From contig SVTJ01000010.1 in NCBI GenBank assembly GCA_015063845.1, positions 9,846 through 73,845 of the forward strand: a DNA stretch of 64,000 bases. Direction: 5' to 3'. The position numbers were made by a program, and so were the translations under genes. Positions 48,333-58,115 of this stretch are shown here, piece after piece (position 1 is the first letter of the stretch; each line of letters opens with the position of its first letter). The notes beneath the pieces were generated by a model. The model searched no databases. It saw only the letters and a program-made list of their open reading frames with translations, and was not told the origin of the DNA. Source of the stretch: Oscillospiraceae bacterium. GTDB taxonomy: Bacteria; Bacillota; Clostridia; Oscillospirales; CAG-272.

Positions 48333-49067
48333 ATGGAATTTAATGAATTTTACGAATATTGCCGTGCTGTATTCGAGGCAAACAAGAATTTACCCGCAGT
48401 CGACAAAGAAAAAGCAGACAAGCTATATGTCCTCACCAACAGAATGTTGGAAGTAAACGCACATATGAATTTAACAGCAATAAAGGAAGAAAAAGCAATA
48501 ATTTTGCGCCATTACGCCGATAGCTTGGCGATAAGCGAGCACATCGCTCCCAATGCAAAAGTAATAGACGTCGGCTGCGGCGCAGGCTTTCCGACACTCC
48601 CTTTGGCGATATTCAGACCCGACGTTGACATAACCGCCCTCGACAGCACCGCAAAAAGAATCAATTACGTAGCCGATACAGCGAAACTTTTGGAGCTGAG
48701 CAACGTAACCGCAATAGCAGAAAGAGCCGAAGTTTTGGCAAACAACATCGAATATCGCGAGAAATTCGACTACGCAACCGCAAGAGCAGTCGCAGCGCTC
48801 CCAATTTTGACCGAGCTTTGCATGCCGTTTGTAAAGATCGGCGGAAAATTCGTAGCAATGAAGGCGCAAAAAGCAGACAGCGAGATAAGCCTTTCTATGA
48901 CAGCAATAACAAAATGCGGCGGCAAATTGCAAGAGCGCATCGTATCTCCGCTATACAATCCCAACGGCGAAAGCGAAGAAAGAATGATAATTATATGTTC
49001 GAAAGTGGGCGCCACCCCAAAGGAACTTCCGCGACACTACTCAAAAATCAGCAAAAAACCGCTGTGA
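48333..49067 (+). CDS. rsmG: 16S rRNA m7G527 methyltransferase
   Basis: MNLTAI, HYADSL, DVGCGAGFP, ARAVA; follows mnmG. Confidence 0.96.
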   Translation: MEFNEFYEYCRAVFEANKNLPAVDKEKADKLYVLTNRMLEVNAHMNLTAIKEEKAIILRHYADSLAISEHIAPNAKVIDVGCGAGFPTLPLAIFRPDVDITALDSTAKRINYVADTAKLLELSNVTAIAERAEVLANNIEYREKFDYATARAVAALPILTELCMPFVKIGGKFVAMKAQKADSEISLSMTAITKCGGKLQERIVSPLYNPNGESEERMIIICSKVGATPKELPRHYSKISKKPL

Positions 49068-49083
49068 CACAGATCAACACCAA

Positions 49084-49168
49084 GGTTTCACGTGAAACCT
49101 TGGTGTTTTTTCTTTACATTGTTCCACGTGAAACGTTTGTATCCGTTTTCGACGTTCCACGTGAAACA
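49084..49168. other. Cluster of three parS sites (49084-49099, 49120-49135, 49153-49168)
   Basis: GGTTTCACGTGAAACC, TGTTCCACGTGAAACG, CGTTCCACGTGAAACA; the first is the centre of a terminator-like palindrome (49076-49107). Confidence 0.92.
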
Positions 49169-49193
49169 TTTTCTTAAAATAATCAAAAACATC

Positions 49194-49222
49194 TTGCAAA
49201 AGCAAACTTATTGTGGTATAAT
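49194..49222 (+). promoter_or_regulatory. Sigma-A promoter of par operon
   Basis: TTGCAA-17-TATAAT with extended TG. Confidence 0.7.
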
Positions 49223-49266
49223 TATTGCGTATATTTAGATAATAAAATTAATGAAAGGAAAAATCG

Positions 49267-50028
49267 ATGGCAAAGATCATTTCACTCGCCAACCAAAAGG
49301 GCGGAGTCGGCAAAACCACTTCCTGTGTCAATATCGCCGCTTCTCTCGGTTTACTTGGCAATAGAGTTTTAATAATCGACCTTGACCCCCAGGGTAATAC
49401 CACAAGCGGTGTTGGCATTACAAAGCGCGGCTTGTCGGGCTCTACCAAAGAGCTCCTCAACGGAGAAATGGGAGTAAAAGATATAATACGAGAGACGCCC
49501 TACGAGAATTTGTGGGCTATTCCCGCAAACACAACACTCACAAGTGCAGAATTCGAGCTTTTTGACTTTGATGACAGCGAATATCGCATGAAAAAGGCTC
49601 TTGAGCCTATTATGGATGATTTCGATTACGTTCTTATCGACTGTCCTCCCTCCCTTGGCAGACTGACAGTAAACGCGCTCACGGCAAGCGATGCCGTTAT
49701 AGTTCCAATGCAGTGCGAATTTTACGCTCTTGAAGGACTTTCGCAGTTGATGATAACCGTAAAGCTTATCCAGAAGCACTACAACCCCTCGCTCACGGTA
49801 AGCGGAATACTCGTAACTATGTATAACGGCAGACTTCTGCTCTCTATGCAGGTAATCAACGAGCTCAAGAAGCATTACCAGGACAAGCTCTTTGAAACTA
49901 AGATCTCAAGAAACGTTAAGCTTTCAGAAGCTCCCAGCTTCGGAAAACCCGTTTACTATCACGACAGAAACTCAAAGGGCGCTAAGGAATATCTCGAAGT
50001 TGCAAAAGAAATAATTGCACGCATATAA
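49267..50028 (+). CDS. parA: Chromosome partition ATPase Soj/ParA
   Basis: NQKGGVGKTT, DLDPQGN, DCPPSLG, EAPSFG. Confidence 0.97.
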   Translation: MAKIISLANQKGGVGKTTSCVNIAASLGLLGNRVLIIDLDPQGNTTSGVGITKRGLSGSTKELLNGEMGVKDIIRETPYENLWAIPANTTLTSAEFELFDFDDSEYRMKKALEPIMDDFDYVLIDCPPSLGRLTVNALTASDAVIVPMQCEFYALEGLSQLMITVKLIQKHYNPSLTVSGILVTMYNGRLLLSMQVINELKKHYQDKLFETKISRNVKLSEAPSFGKPVYYHDRNSKGAKEYLEVAKEIIARI

Positions 50029-50037
50029 GGAGGTATT

Positions 50038-50262
50038 ATGGCAAACAAAAACTCAGGACTTGGAAGAGGCCTCGACGATCTGCTGGACGATAACCTTCCC
50101 ACAAAAAGAGTAGGAAAGCCCCTGGTCATTCCAAAAGGCGAGGTATCTCAAGGCACAACCACCGTAAAGCCCGTAAATACGACTATTTACGACACAAAAA
50201 CCAAGCCTCTCTACGAAACCAAGCCACGCACACGCAGCGTAAAATCAAATTTTAAAAAATAA
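50038..50262 (+). CDS. 74-aa basic protein carrying a ParB-type N-terminal motif only
   Basis: AAGGAGGT SD; MANKNSGLGRGLDDLLDDN followed by a Lys/Thr/Pro-rich tail. Confidence 0.8.
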   Translation: MANKNSGLGRGLDDLLDDNLPTKRVGKPLVIPKGEVSQGTTTVKPVNTTIYDTKTKPLYETKPRTRSVKSNFKK

Positions 50263-50274
50263 AGGCGGTATACT

Positions 50275-51165
50275 ATGGCAAAGAAAGCAGCGGGTCTCGG
50301 AAGAGACTTTTACTCGATATTCGACGATAATATACTCGAAGCAAAGAAAGGCGCGGCTGAAAACATTAGAATTTCAGACATAGAGCCAAGACACGATCAG
50401 CCCAGAAAGACATTTGACAAAGAGCCCCTTGAAGCGCTCGCAGATTCAATCGCAACGTATGGAGTTCTTCAGCCGATAATCGTGCGCGAAAGCACGCTTG
50501 TTGAGGGCACGTATGAGATAATCGCAGGTGAGCGCCGTTGGAGAGCATCAAAAATGGCAGGTCTTACAGAAATTCCCGCGGTTATATTTGATGGCGACGA
50601 TCTCAAGGCAGCACAAGTTGCTCTTATTGAAAACATCCAGCGCGAAGACCTCAATGCAGTTGAGGAAGCGGAAGGATACGGTGCGCTTATAGACCGTTTC
50701 GGTCTTACCCAGGATCAGGTAGCAAAGCAGGTCGGAAAAGACCGTTCTACCATCACTAACGCGCTCCGTTTGTTAAAGCTTCCCGAGGAAGTTCGCGAAA
50801 TGCTCAAGGACGGAGATATCTCCGCAGGTCACGCAAGAGCCTTGCTCGCGCTTGACAGTGAGGAGCTCATGATAGAATGCGCACACAAGATAGTTGAGCG
50901 TTCCATGTCGGTCCGCGAGGTCGAAGCTATGGTGCAGCGCATAAAGAACCGCAGAGAAACGATAGTAGAGGATGCAGTACACCCTCAGATCAAGGCACAT
51001 ATGAAGGAGCTCGAGCATAGGGCAATGTCCGCTCTCGGCAGAAAGGTCCGCATCTCCCGTTCCTCTCACAAGAAGGTTCTTGAGCTTACATATTCCGACG
51101 ACGAAGATCTCGAAGCTCTGCTCAAATCCTTGTGCGGAGACGATATATTCGCAGAAAACAATTAA
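50275..51165 (+). CDS. parB: Chromosome partition protein Spo0J/ParB
   Basis: QPRKTF, GVLQP, AGERRWRA, ENIQREDL, HTH RSTITNALRLL, GHARALL. Confidence 0.97.
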   Translation: MAKKAAGLGRDFYSIFDDNILEAKKGAAENIRISDIEPRHDQPRKTFDKEPLEALADSIATYGVLQPIIVRESTLVEGTYEIIAGERRWRASKMAGLTEIPAVIFDGDDLKAAQVALIENIQREDLNAVEEAEGYGALIDRFGLTQDQVAKQVGKDRSTITNALRLLKLPEEVREMLKDGDISAGHARALLALDSEELMIECAHKIVERSMSVREVEAMVQRIKNRRETIVEDAVHPQIKAHMKELEHRAMSALGRKVRISRSSHKKVLELTYSDDEDLEALLKSLCGDDIFAENN

Positions 51166-51207
51166 TTTCCATATTTTTCCATTTTCATAAAGAAAGGTAC
51201 ACACAAA

Positions 51208-52488
51208 ATGTTAGACATCAGATATATTAAGGAAAATCCCGATGAGGTAATAGCAAGACTTGCAAAGAAGGGTAAGGACGCAAAGATAGAGATCGAGCAG
51301 ATACTCGCACTTGACGCCGAAAGAAGAGCTCTTATCGCCGAGACCGAGGCTATAAAGGCAGAGCAGAATAAGATGAACAAGCTCATTCCCCAGTACAAGA
51401 AAGAGGGAAAGGACGTTTCCGCTATCTTTGTACAGATGAAGGAAATGGGCGCTAAGACAAAGGCTATCGACGAAAAGCTTAAGGAAGTTGAGACACAGTT
51501 TACTTCCGTAATGCTTGGACTTCCCAATCTTCCCGATGAGGATCTTCTCGCAGGCGGTAAGGAAAACAACGAGCCCCTGCGTTACTTCGGCGAACCCAAG
51601 CAGTTTGACTTTGAGCCTAAGAACCATGTTGACCTTTGCACCGATCTCGGTCTTATAGACTACAAGAGAGGCGCAAAGCTTTCGGGCGCGGGCTTCTGGA
51701 TCTATCGCGGAATGGGCGCAAGACTTGAGTGGGCGCTCCTTAACTACTTTATCGATACACACCTCGGCAACGGCTATGAGCTCATGCTCGTTCCTCATAT
51801 GCTCGGATACGAGTGCGGACTTACGGCAGGACAGTTCCCGAAGTTTGCAGAGGACGTTTACTGGCTGGAGACGGCAGAGGACGAGAGACACCGCTTTATG
51901 CTTCCCACAGCTGAAACAGCGCTTGTTTCTCTCCACAGAGACGAGATACTCACAGAGGCAGATCTTCCTCGCAAGTATATAAGCTACACACCTTGCTTCC
52001 GTCGCGAGGCAGGAAGCTACCGCGCAGACGAGAGAGGTATGGTAAGAGGACACCAGTTCAACAAGGTCGAGATGGTACAGTACACTCTCCCCGAGAAGAG
52101 CGACGAAGCATTTGAGGAGCTGGTTACAAACGCAGAGAACCTTGTCAAGGGTCTCGGCTTCCACTTCAGAACAGTCAAGCTCGCGGCAGAGGACTGCTCC
52201 GCATCTATGGCGAGAACCTATGATATCGAGATCAATATCCCCTCTATGGACGGCTACAAGGAGGTTTCCTCCGTATCCAACGCGCGTGACTATCAGGCTC
52301 GCAGAGGTATGATGAGAGTAAGACGCGAGAACGGAAAGACCGAATTCGTGCACACCCTCAACGGGTCTGGTCTTGCGACCAGCCGTGTTCTCCCCGCTCT
52401 CGTTGAGCAGAACCAGCTTGCAGACGGATCCGTTGTAGTTCCCGAGGTCCTTCGCAAGTATATCGGCGTAGATATAATCAAAAAGTAA
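51208..52488 (+). CDS. serS: Seryl-tRNA synthetase
   Basis: N-terminal coiled coil, PTAE, FRREAG, HQFNKVE, HTLNGSGLA. Confidence 0.98.
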   Translation: MLDIRYIKENPDEVIARLAKKGKDAKIEIEQILALDAERRALIAETEAIKAEQNKMNKLIPQYKKEGKDVSAIFVQMKEMGAKTKAIDEKLKEVETQFTSVMLGLPNLPDEDLLAGGKENNEPLRYFGEPKQFDFEPKNHVDLCTDLGLIDYKRGAKLSGAGFWIYRGMGARLEWALLNYFIDTHLGNGYELMLVPHMLGYECGLTAGQFPKFAEDVYWLETAEDERHRFMLPTAETALVSLHRDEILTEADLPRKYISYTPCFRREAGSYRADERGMVRGHQFNKVEMVQYTLPEKSDEAFEELVTNAENLVKGLGFHFRTVKLAAEDCSASMARTYDIEINIPSMDGYKEVSSVSNARDYQARRGMMRVRRENGKTEFVHTLNGSGLATSRVLPALVEQNQLADGSVVVPEVLRKYIGVDIIKK

Positions 52489-52551
52489 AAATGCCGATGG
52501 GGCTTTCCTCGGAAAGCCCCATCGCGTCCCACATGAATATAAGGAGTATTT

Positions 52552-53214
52552 ATGGAATACATAGCACTTGACGTCAGCCAACAGGAAATGCCTCTGGCAA
52601 ACGAGCTGTGGCTGTACTTTATGGACAAATATTTCGATGACTCCAAGTTTTATCCCAACTTAAACATCGACGGAGATGACACCTCTTTTATAAGGCTTGT
52701 TATAATAGGTCTGTTCATAGGCCTTTCGATAGCGGGCTTTGCCGCGGTATTCAACAAGCGAGTACTTGGAAACTTTGTGAGAAAGCTCATATCCGAAGAA
52801 GCGCTTTCTCCCGAAAGCGCAAAAACGCTTGAAGAACTTGGATTTGCGGGCAAGGTGACTATTTACAACGCAGTAAGAAAAAGCACAACACTGCGCCGCG
52901 TGGTAAAATGTCGCGAGGAGCAGGAATACGAAGCCGCGCTGAAAGAAAAGCAGGCGGAGTATGAGAACGCCCGTCAAACAGACAAAAAGCTTCCGAAATT
53001 CAAAGAGACAGAGTATAAGGTAGACCCCACAAGGGATAGGTTTTATATTCCCGAGGATATGAAATATATGGCAGACGTAAAATTCGACGCAAAGGGCAAC
53101 ACCTGGGCAAGCGCGATCTTCTGCTGCATATTTATGCTCGTACTTATGGTAGTCGCTATAATCCTGCTCCCGAGTATTCTTGAATTTCTTAACAATCTCG
53201 CAGCTCCAAAATAA
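52552..53214 (+). CDS. Hypothetical two-TM membrane protein
   Basis: AAGGAG SD; two hydrophobic segments; operon position. Confidence 0.75.
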   Translation: MEYIALDVSQQEMPLANELWLYFMDKYFDDSKFYPNLNIDGDDTSFIRLVIIGLFIGLSIAGFAAVFNKRVLGNFVRKLISEEALSPESAKTLEELGFAGKVTIYNAVRKSTTLRRVVKCREEQEYEAALKEKQAEYENARQTDKKLPKFKETEYKVDPTRDRFYIPEDMKYMADVKFDAKGNTWASAIFCCIFMLVLMVVAIILLPSILEFLNNLAAPK

Positions 53215-53250
53215 AGCACGTAAAAATCTTGCGGAAAGGAGAAGACGCAA

Positions 53251-54465
53251 ATGGACAGTACAAGAACAGCCGAGGCGATACGCCCCAAGAGCTTTGACGA
53301 AATAGTAGGTCAGAAGCATCTTTTCGGCGAAAACGGCGTTATAAGAAAAATGCTTGCCGCAGGCCGTATCACCAATATGATATTCTACGGCCCTCCCGGG
53401 ACGGGAAAGACCACTGCCGCCGAGATAATAGCAAAAGAGAGCAATATGGTCTTTCATAGACTGAACGCCACGACCGCGTCGCTCTCCGACGTCAAAAATA
53501 TACTTTCAAGCACTAACACTTTGTTCGCCACAGGTGGAATACTTCTGTATATCGACGAGATACAGTATTTCAACAAAAAGCAGCAGCAGGCGTTGCTTGA
53601 ATACATAGAGGACGGGCGCGTGACGCTCATCACCTCTACCACAGAAAATCCTCATTTTTATATTTACAACGCAATAATCTCCCGCTCCTCGCTTTTTGAA
53701 TTCAAGCCCGTGGCAGCCGAGGACTGCGCAGTTGCCGTAAAGAGGGCGATAAGCTATCTCAATGCGCAAACCGGCCTTGAAAAAACTGTCGATGAACAGA
53801 CAGTGCTTTATATAGCAAAAAGCACGTCGGGCGACGTAAGGCACGCAATAGTTCTCGCGGAGAACGCATATTTTGCCGCAGATACGGTGATAGATAGAGA
53901 GACCGTTGACGGGTTTAACGTGAGAGTAGGCAATTTCGACGACGATACGCACTACGATCTTTTGTCTTGTCTGCAAAAGTCGATAAGAGGCTCAGACCCC
54001 GATGCCGCGGTGTTCTATCTTGCAAAGCTGCTGTCTCTCGGCGAACTGATATCCGTATGCCGCAGACTTCAGGTCATAGCCAGCGAGGACATAGGTCTTG
54101 CATATCCCTTGGCGGCTACTGTGACACGCTCTTGCTGCGAATCGGCAAAGGAGCTTGGAATGCCCGAGGCGGCTATTCCGCTTGCAAACGCCACGGTGCT
54201 TTTAGCTACCGCGCCTAAGTCAAACTCCGCGCACGACGCGGTATTTGCCGCAATGGCGGATGTGGAGCAGGGAATGGGAAGAGAGATACCCACACATCTG
54301 AAAAGCCCCCTCTTCAAAGGATACAAGTATCCGCACGTATATCCAAATCATTATGTCAAGCAGCAGTATCTGCCCGACGACGTAAAGGACAAGCAGTATT
54401 ATCACTACGGAAATAACAAGCAAGAGGACGCCGCAAGGCAATATGCCGAGAAAATAAAGAAATGA
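53251..54465 (+). CDS. rarA: Replication-associated recombination protein A (MgsA)
   Basis: GPPGTGKTT, TTENP, KSIRGSDPDAA, ASEDIGLA, YKYPH. Confidence 0.95.
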   Translation: MDSTRTAEAIRPKSFDEIVGQKHLFGENGVIRKMLAAGRITNMIFYGPPGTGKTTAAEIIAKESNMVFHRLNATTASLSDVKNILSSTNTLFATGGILLYIDEIQYFNKKQQQALLEYIEDGRVTLITSTTENPHFYIYNAIISRSSLFEFKPVAAEDCAVAVKRAISYLNAQTGLEKTVDEQTVLYIAKSTSGDVRHAIVLAENAYFAADTVIDRETVDGFNVRVGNFDDDTHYDLLSCLQKSIRGSDPDAAVFYLAKLLSLGELISVCRRLQVIASEDIGLAYPLAATVTRSCCESAKELGMPEAAIPLANATVLLATAPKSNSAHDAVFAAMADVEQGMGREIPTHLKSPLFKGYKYPHVYPNHYVKQQYLPDDVKDKQYYHYGNNKQEDAARQYAEKIKK

Positions 54466-54472
54466 GGTAAGC

Positions 54473-54991
54473 ATGACTAAGCTCAAAGAACTTTATCAAA
54501 AGCATAAAGAAATATTGCTGTACTTAGTGTTCGGAGTTATCACCACGATAATATCCCTCGCGGTGTGCTTTGTAACTCTTAAGATAGGCGTTATCTTTTT
54601 ACACGACAGCAACGGCGAGCCGACCGAGCTTCTTGATATAATAGGAAGCACGACGCAGTGGATATCGGGAGTAACGGTCGCGTTTATTACAAATAAGATA
54701 TGGGTATTTACCGAAGCCGAAAAAGGCGCGGGCGCTACCGCAAAGCAGTTTTTGGTGTTCTCGGGCTCACGTGTGATAACGTACTTCCTCGAGGTAGCCA
54801 TTAATCTTCTTTCAATAGCAATATTCGAGTGGCTCGGATACTCTCCGTTCGCTATTATCGGAATAGAGATCACCGCTCGCGTATGGGCAAAGGTATTCTC
54901 CTCGATATTCGTAACGGTATCCAACTATTTTATAAGTAAGCTTTTCGTTTTTAAAAAGAGTAAAGATAAAAAAAATAACGCAGACCTTTAA
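54473..54991 (+). CDS. GtrA-family membrane protein
   Basis: YLVFGVITT, AFITNKIWVF, NYFISKLFVF. Confidence 0.88.
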   Translation: MTKLKELYQKHKEILLYLVFGVITTIISLAVCFVTLKIGVIFLHDSNGEPTELLDIIGSTTQWISGVTVAFITNKIWVFTEAEKGAGATAKQFLVFSGSRVITYFLEVAINLLSIAIFEWLGYSPFAIIGIEITARVWAKVFSSIFVTVSNYFISKLFVFKKSKDKKNNADL

Positions 54992-55007
54992 GGTCTGCGT
55001 TATTTTT
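54970..55007. terminator. Bidirectional terminator
   Basis: AAAATAACGCAGACCT/AGGTCTGCGTTATTTT between convergent genes. Confidence 0.8.
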
Positions 55008-55997
55008 TTATGCGATCATTTGCGTAAGACCGACTATTATCGGCATGGTTATCATTGACAGTATCGTCGATAGCGCCACAAGGCGGACCGACAACTCGGT
55101 ATCACGGTTGAACTTTGCCGAGAAAATGGTCGTAGTCGCACCTACGGGCGCGCTCGCACCGATAACAAGCACGGTAAGCACGTTTCCGCGAACGCCGCAC
55201 ACATAAAGCACAGCGAGTGTTATAAGCGGAAATACTATAAGCCGGAGCGCCATACAAAAATATGACCAGCCGTCCTTGAATGCCGCCATTATATCAGCCT
55301 TTCCGAGGTAGTAACCTACCATAAGCATAGGAAGCGGAAGATTGAGGGCAGAGAGTGCGCCGAGAGCATCCATAACAAGGCTCGGAAGCTTTATACCCGC
55401 CGTTTCTCCGATAGTGATATAGAGAGGCGAGGTGAATATGAAAAGTCCTATAACGACGCCGATAATACCTGGGTTAAAGACTATCTTCTTCCAGTTCATC
55501 GCCTTTTTCTCGCCGCTCATATCTACAAGACCCCAAGTCCAAAGCGCGATGTTGAACACGGCAAGGAATACCGCCGCATACAGAGCGCCCTCGTGAGAGG
55601 TGGGGGTATCGATAAGGGCCTGAGCCAAGGGGAGAGCGATAAAGCCTGCGTTGGAGAATACCGCCGCAAAGCGCATAACTCTTCTCCTGTCCTCCGCCTT
55701 AAATCTGAACAGAAAATACACCGCGAGTATCATCACCACGTGCAACAGCACGGAAGCAAGCGCGACGATACCGATATTCTTAAGTATTCCGAGAAGCTCC
55801 GCCTTTGTGTACATAGTCGCGCTAAAGGCGTTGATAATAACACAAGGGGTCACGAAATACATGACGATATCCGCCATACACTTGTTCGCCTCCTCGGTGA
55901 GCAGGCGTATCTTCTGACAGATAAAACCAAGCGCGATTATAATAAACAGTAGTCCTACCTTTTGAGCGACCGCCAAAAAGCTATCTAAAAAACTCAA
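55008..55997 (-). CDS. AEC (auxin efflux carrier) family transporter
   Basis: FSNAGFIALP, about 10 TM segments, STILSMITMP; TTG start after GGAGG. Confidence 0.88.
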   Translation of the reverse strand: MSFLDSFLAVAQKVGLLFIIIALGFICQKIRLLTEEANKCMADIVMYFVTPCVIINAFSATMYTKAELLGILKNIGIVALASVLLHVVMILAVYFLFRFKAEDRRRVMRFAAVFSNAGFIALPLAQALIDTPTSHEGALYAAVFLAVFNIALWTWGLVDMSGEKKAMNWKKIVFNPGIIGVVIGLFIFTSPLYITIGETAGIKLPSLVMDALGALSALNLPLPMLMVGYYLGKADIMAAFKDGWSYFCMALRLIVFPLITLAVLYVCGVRGNVLTVLVIGASAPVGATTTIFSAKFNRDTELSVRLVALSTILSMITMPIIVGLTQMIA

Positions 55998-56009
55998 AAC
56001 GACGCCTCC

Positions 56010-56945
56010 TTACAGCGTGATGCCAAACTCCTTCTCAAGGAGCGCAAGTATCTCGTGACGGTAGGGCATAGAGGGTGACGAGCCAAGACGTGTAACGGAT
56101 ATAGCCGACGTACACGTAGCAAACTTGAGCGCTACGTCCATAGAAAGTCCCTCTGCGATAGCAGTTGAAAGACCGCCGTTGAACGCGTCACCCGCGCCTG
56201 TGGTCTCAACAGCCTTTACCTTGATAGAGGGAACCATTATCTCGGTCTTGCCGTCGGTGTAGTAAGCACCTCTTACGCCAAGCGTAATAATAACGTTCTT
56301 AACACCCATATCAAAGAACTTCTGAGCGGCTGCTCTGCAGTCCTCAACAGTATTTACCGCAATACCCGTAAACTGCTCTGCCTCGGTCTCGTTGGGAGTG
56401 ACATAGTCAACTCCGTCAAAGATCTCAGCGGGTACGTTTATATACGGAGCGGGATTAAGGATAAAGGGCTTGCCATACTTCTTAGCGAGCTCCTTTGTCG
56501 CCACAACCGCCTCTATCGTAGTCTCAAACTGTGTGAGTACGGCATCACAATCCGCAAATTCCTTTTCAGCGGCATAAACGTTTTCCTTTGTTACCTGCTC
56601 GTTAGCGGCAAGTATAACTATAATACGGTTCTGAGCGTTGCTTTCATCTATCTCGATAAGAGCGCTACCTGTCTCTCCCTCGGGATCGACCACTATATAT
56701 TCCTCGCTCATTCCCTCAGTGTCGTAATGCTTCTTCATTATCTGACCGAGAACGTCGTCGCCTCTGCGGCTGATTATCTTGACCTCAGAGCCTGCGCGGT
56801 GAGCGGCGGTGAGCTGATTGCTTCCCTTACCGCCGGGGCCGAAGCGAAGAGTTGTACCCTTTGTTGTTTCTCCTGCAACAGGAAGATGGGGAGCAAATCC
56901 CGTAACGTCAACTACGAGAGAACCGGGACCTATAACCTTTGCCAT
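56010..56945 (-). CDS. Ribokinase-family kinase, probably deoxyribokinase-like
   Basis: GGKGSNQ, NPAP, PNETEA, TTGAGDAFNG; adjacent to deoC. Confidence 0.88.
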   Translation of the reverse strand: MAKVIGPGSLVVDVTGFAPHLPVAGETTKGTTLRFGPGGKGSNQLTAAHRAGSEVKIISRRGDDVLGQIMKKHYDTEGMSEEYIVVDPEGETGSALIEIDESNAQNRIIVILAANEQVTKENVYAAEKEFADCDAVLTQFETTIEAVVATKELAKKYGKPFILNPAPYINVPAEIFDGVDYVTPNETEAEQFTGIAVNTVEDCRAAAQKFFDMGVKNVIITLGVRGAYYTDGKTEIMVPSIKVKAVETTGAGDAFNGGLSTAIAEGLSMDVALKFATCTSAISVTRLGSSPSMPYRHEILALLEKEFGITL

Positions 56946-56964
56946 GATATCTCTCCTTTCGTTA

Positions 56965-57621
56965 TCAGTTCTTGGGAGCGCCGTTGATTATCGCGATACC
57001 TGCGGATGTGCCGAGACGCTCAGCGCCTGCATCAATAAGAGCCTTAGCGTCCTCATATGTTCTGATACCCGAGGAAGCCTTGAGCTTAACGTCTCCGCTG
57101 AGGTTTGCCTTCATGAGCTTGATATCCTCAACCGTTGCAACGCCTGCGGATACACCTGTGCAGGTCTTAACGAAGTGTGCGCCTGCCTCACAAGAGAGAC
57201 GGGTTGCGAGAGCCTTCTCCTCGTCTGTGAGAAGTCCTGTCTCGATAATTACCTTAACGGTCTTACCCTTAGCTGCCTTAACGATAGCGGCGATCTCGTC
57301 GCGTACGTAGTCAACGCAGCCGTCCTTGAGCTTTCCGACGTTGATAACCATATCGAACTCGTCACAACCGAGTGCGTATGCTGCCTCTGTCTCCGCAACC
57401 TTGATCTCGGTAGTATTTCTTCCAAGAGGGAAGCCGATAACAGTGCAGGTCATAACGTCGCTACCTGCGAGAAGGGACTTTGCGAGCGCGATATCGCAGG
57501 GGTTAACGCAAACGGATGCGAAATCCCACTCACGAGCGTCAGCGCAGAGCTTTTCGATGTCTGCCTTTGTAGCAAAGGGCTTAAGATTTGTGTGGTCGAT
57601 GTACTTATTGAGCTTATTCAT
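56965..57621 (-). CDS. deoC: Deoxyribose-phosphate aldolase
   Basis: IDHTNL, VIGFPLG, DMVIN, KVIIETG, FVKTCTG, RLGTS. Confidence 0.93.
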   Translation of the reverse strand: MNKLNKYIDHTNLKPFATKADIEKLCADAREWDFASVCVNPCDIALAKSLLAGSDVMTCTVIGFPLGRNTTEIKVAETEAAYALGCDEFDMVINVGKLKDGCVDYVRDEIAAIVKAAKGKTVKVIIETGLLTDEEKALATRLSCEAGAHFVKTCTGVSAGVATVEDIKLMKANLSGDVKLKASSGIRTYEDAKALIDAGAERLGTSAGIAIINGAPKN

Positions 57622-57674
57622 GATAAAAATTCCTTTCGTTATGTATATAAAATTAATATATTAAGTTTTAACTA

Positions 57675-58100
57675 TCAGTCCTCGTCAACGGTCTTGAAGG
57701 ATTTACCCCAGAGCTTTACACGAGTTTCGTATGCATCGTTAAATCTGTAATCTCTCCAGAAGGTGAGAATGCACATATCCTCGTCGGACATGCTGTTATC
57801 AAGCGCGTGGAAGCAGCCCGCGGGGATAAAAATGACCTGTCCGCCCTCGATATCAACTATCTCGTCGTCGAGCTTGAGCTTGCCCTTACCCGAGAGAATA
57901 TAGTATATCTCATCTTCCTCGTGAGCAGCGCCGCCGAGAGCATAGCCTGCCTTGACAGTTCCGTGGTTTATCTGGATAACGTCGTCTCTACCCGTGATAA
58001 CGTGGTCGAGTATCATCCTGGACTCGTACTCCTCGCCGAATATGAGGGGCTTTACGTTCTTAACGTCCACCTGAAGAGGGGGTAATTTTTTCTTTTCCAT
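57675..58100 (-). CDS. Cupin-domain protein
   Basis: HEEDEIYYILSGKG and IFIPAGCFH cupin motifs. Confidence 0.88.
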   Translation of the reverse strand: MEKKKLPPLQVDVKNVKPLIFGEEYESRMILDHVITGRDDVIQINHGTVKAGYALGGAAHEEDEIYYILSGKGKLKLDDEIVDIEGGQVIFIPAGCFHALDNSMSDEDMCILTFWRDYRFNDAYETRVKLWGKSFKTVDED

Positions 58101-58115
58101 TTTTAATCTCCTTTC

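Noticed and set aside
48305-49168. Repeated 16-mers as a CRISPR array
   Set aside because: They match the parS consensus, are irregularly spaced and have no cas genes
50038-51165. Mini-ORF and parB as one gene broken by a stop (they are in frame)
   Set aside because: parB has its own SD-like site, start and N-terminal motif and is full length
51211-52581. 456-aa minus-strand ORF
   Set aside because: Antisense shadow of serS with no recognisable motifs; explained by codon bias
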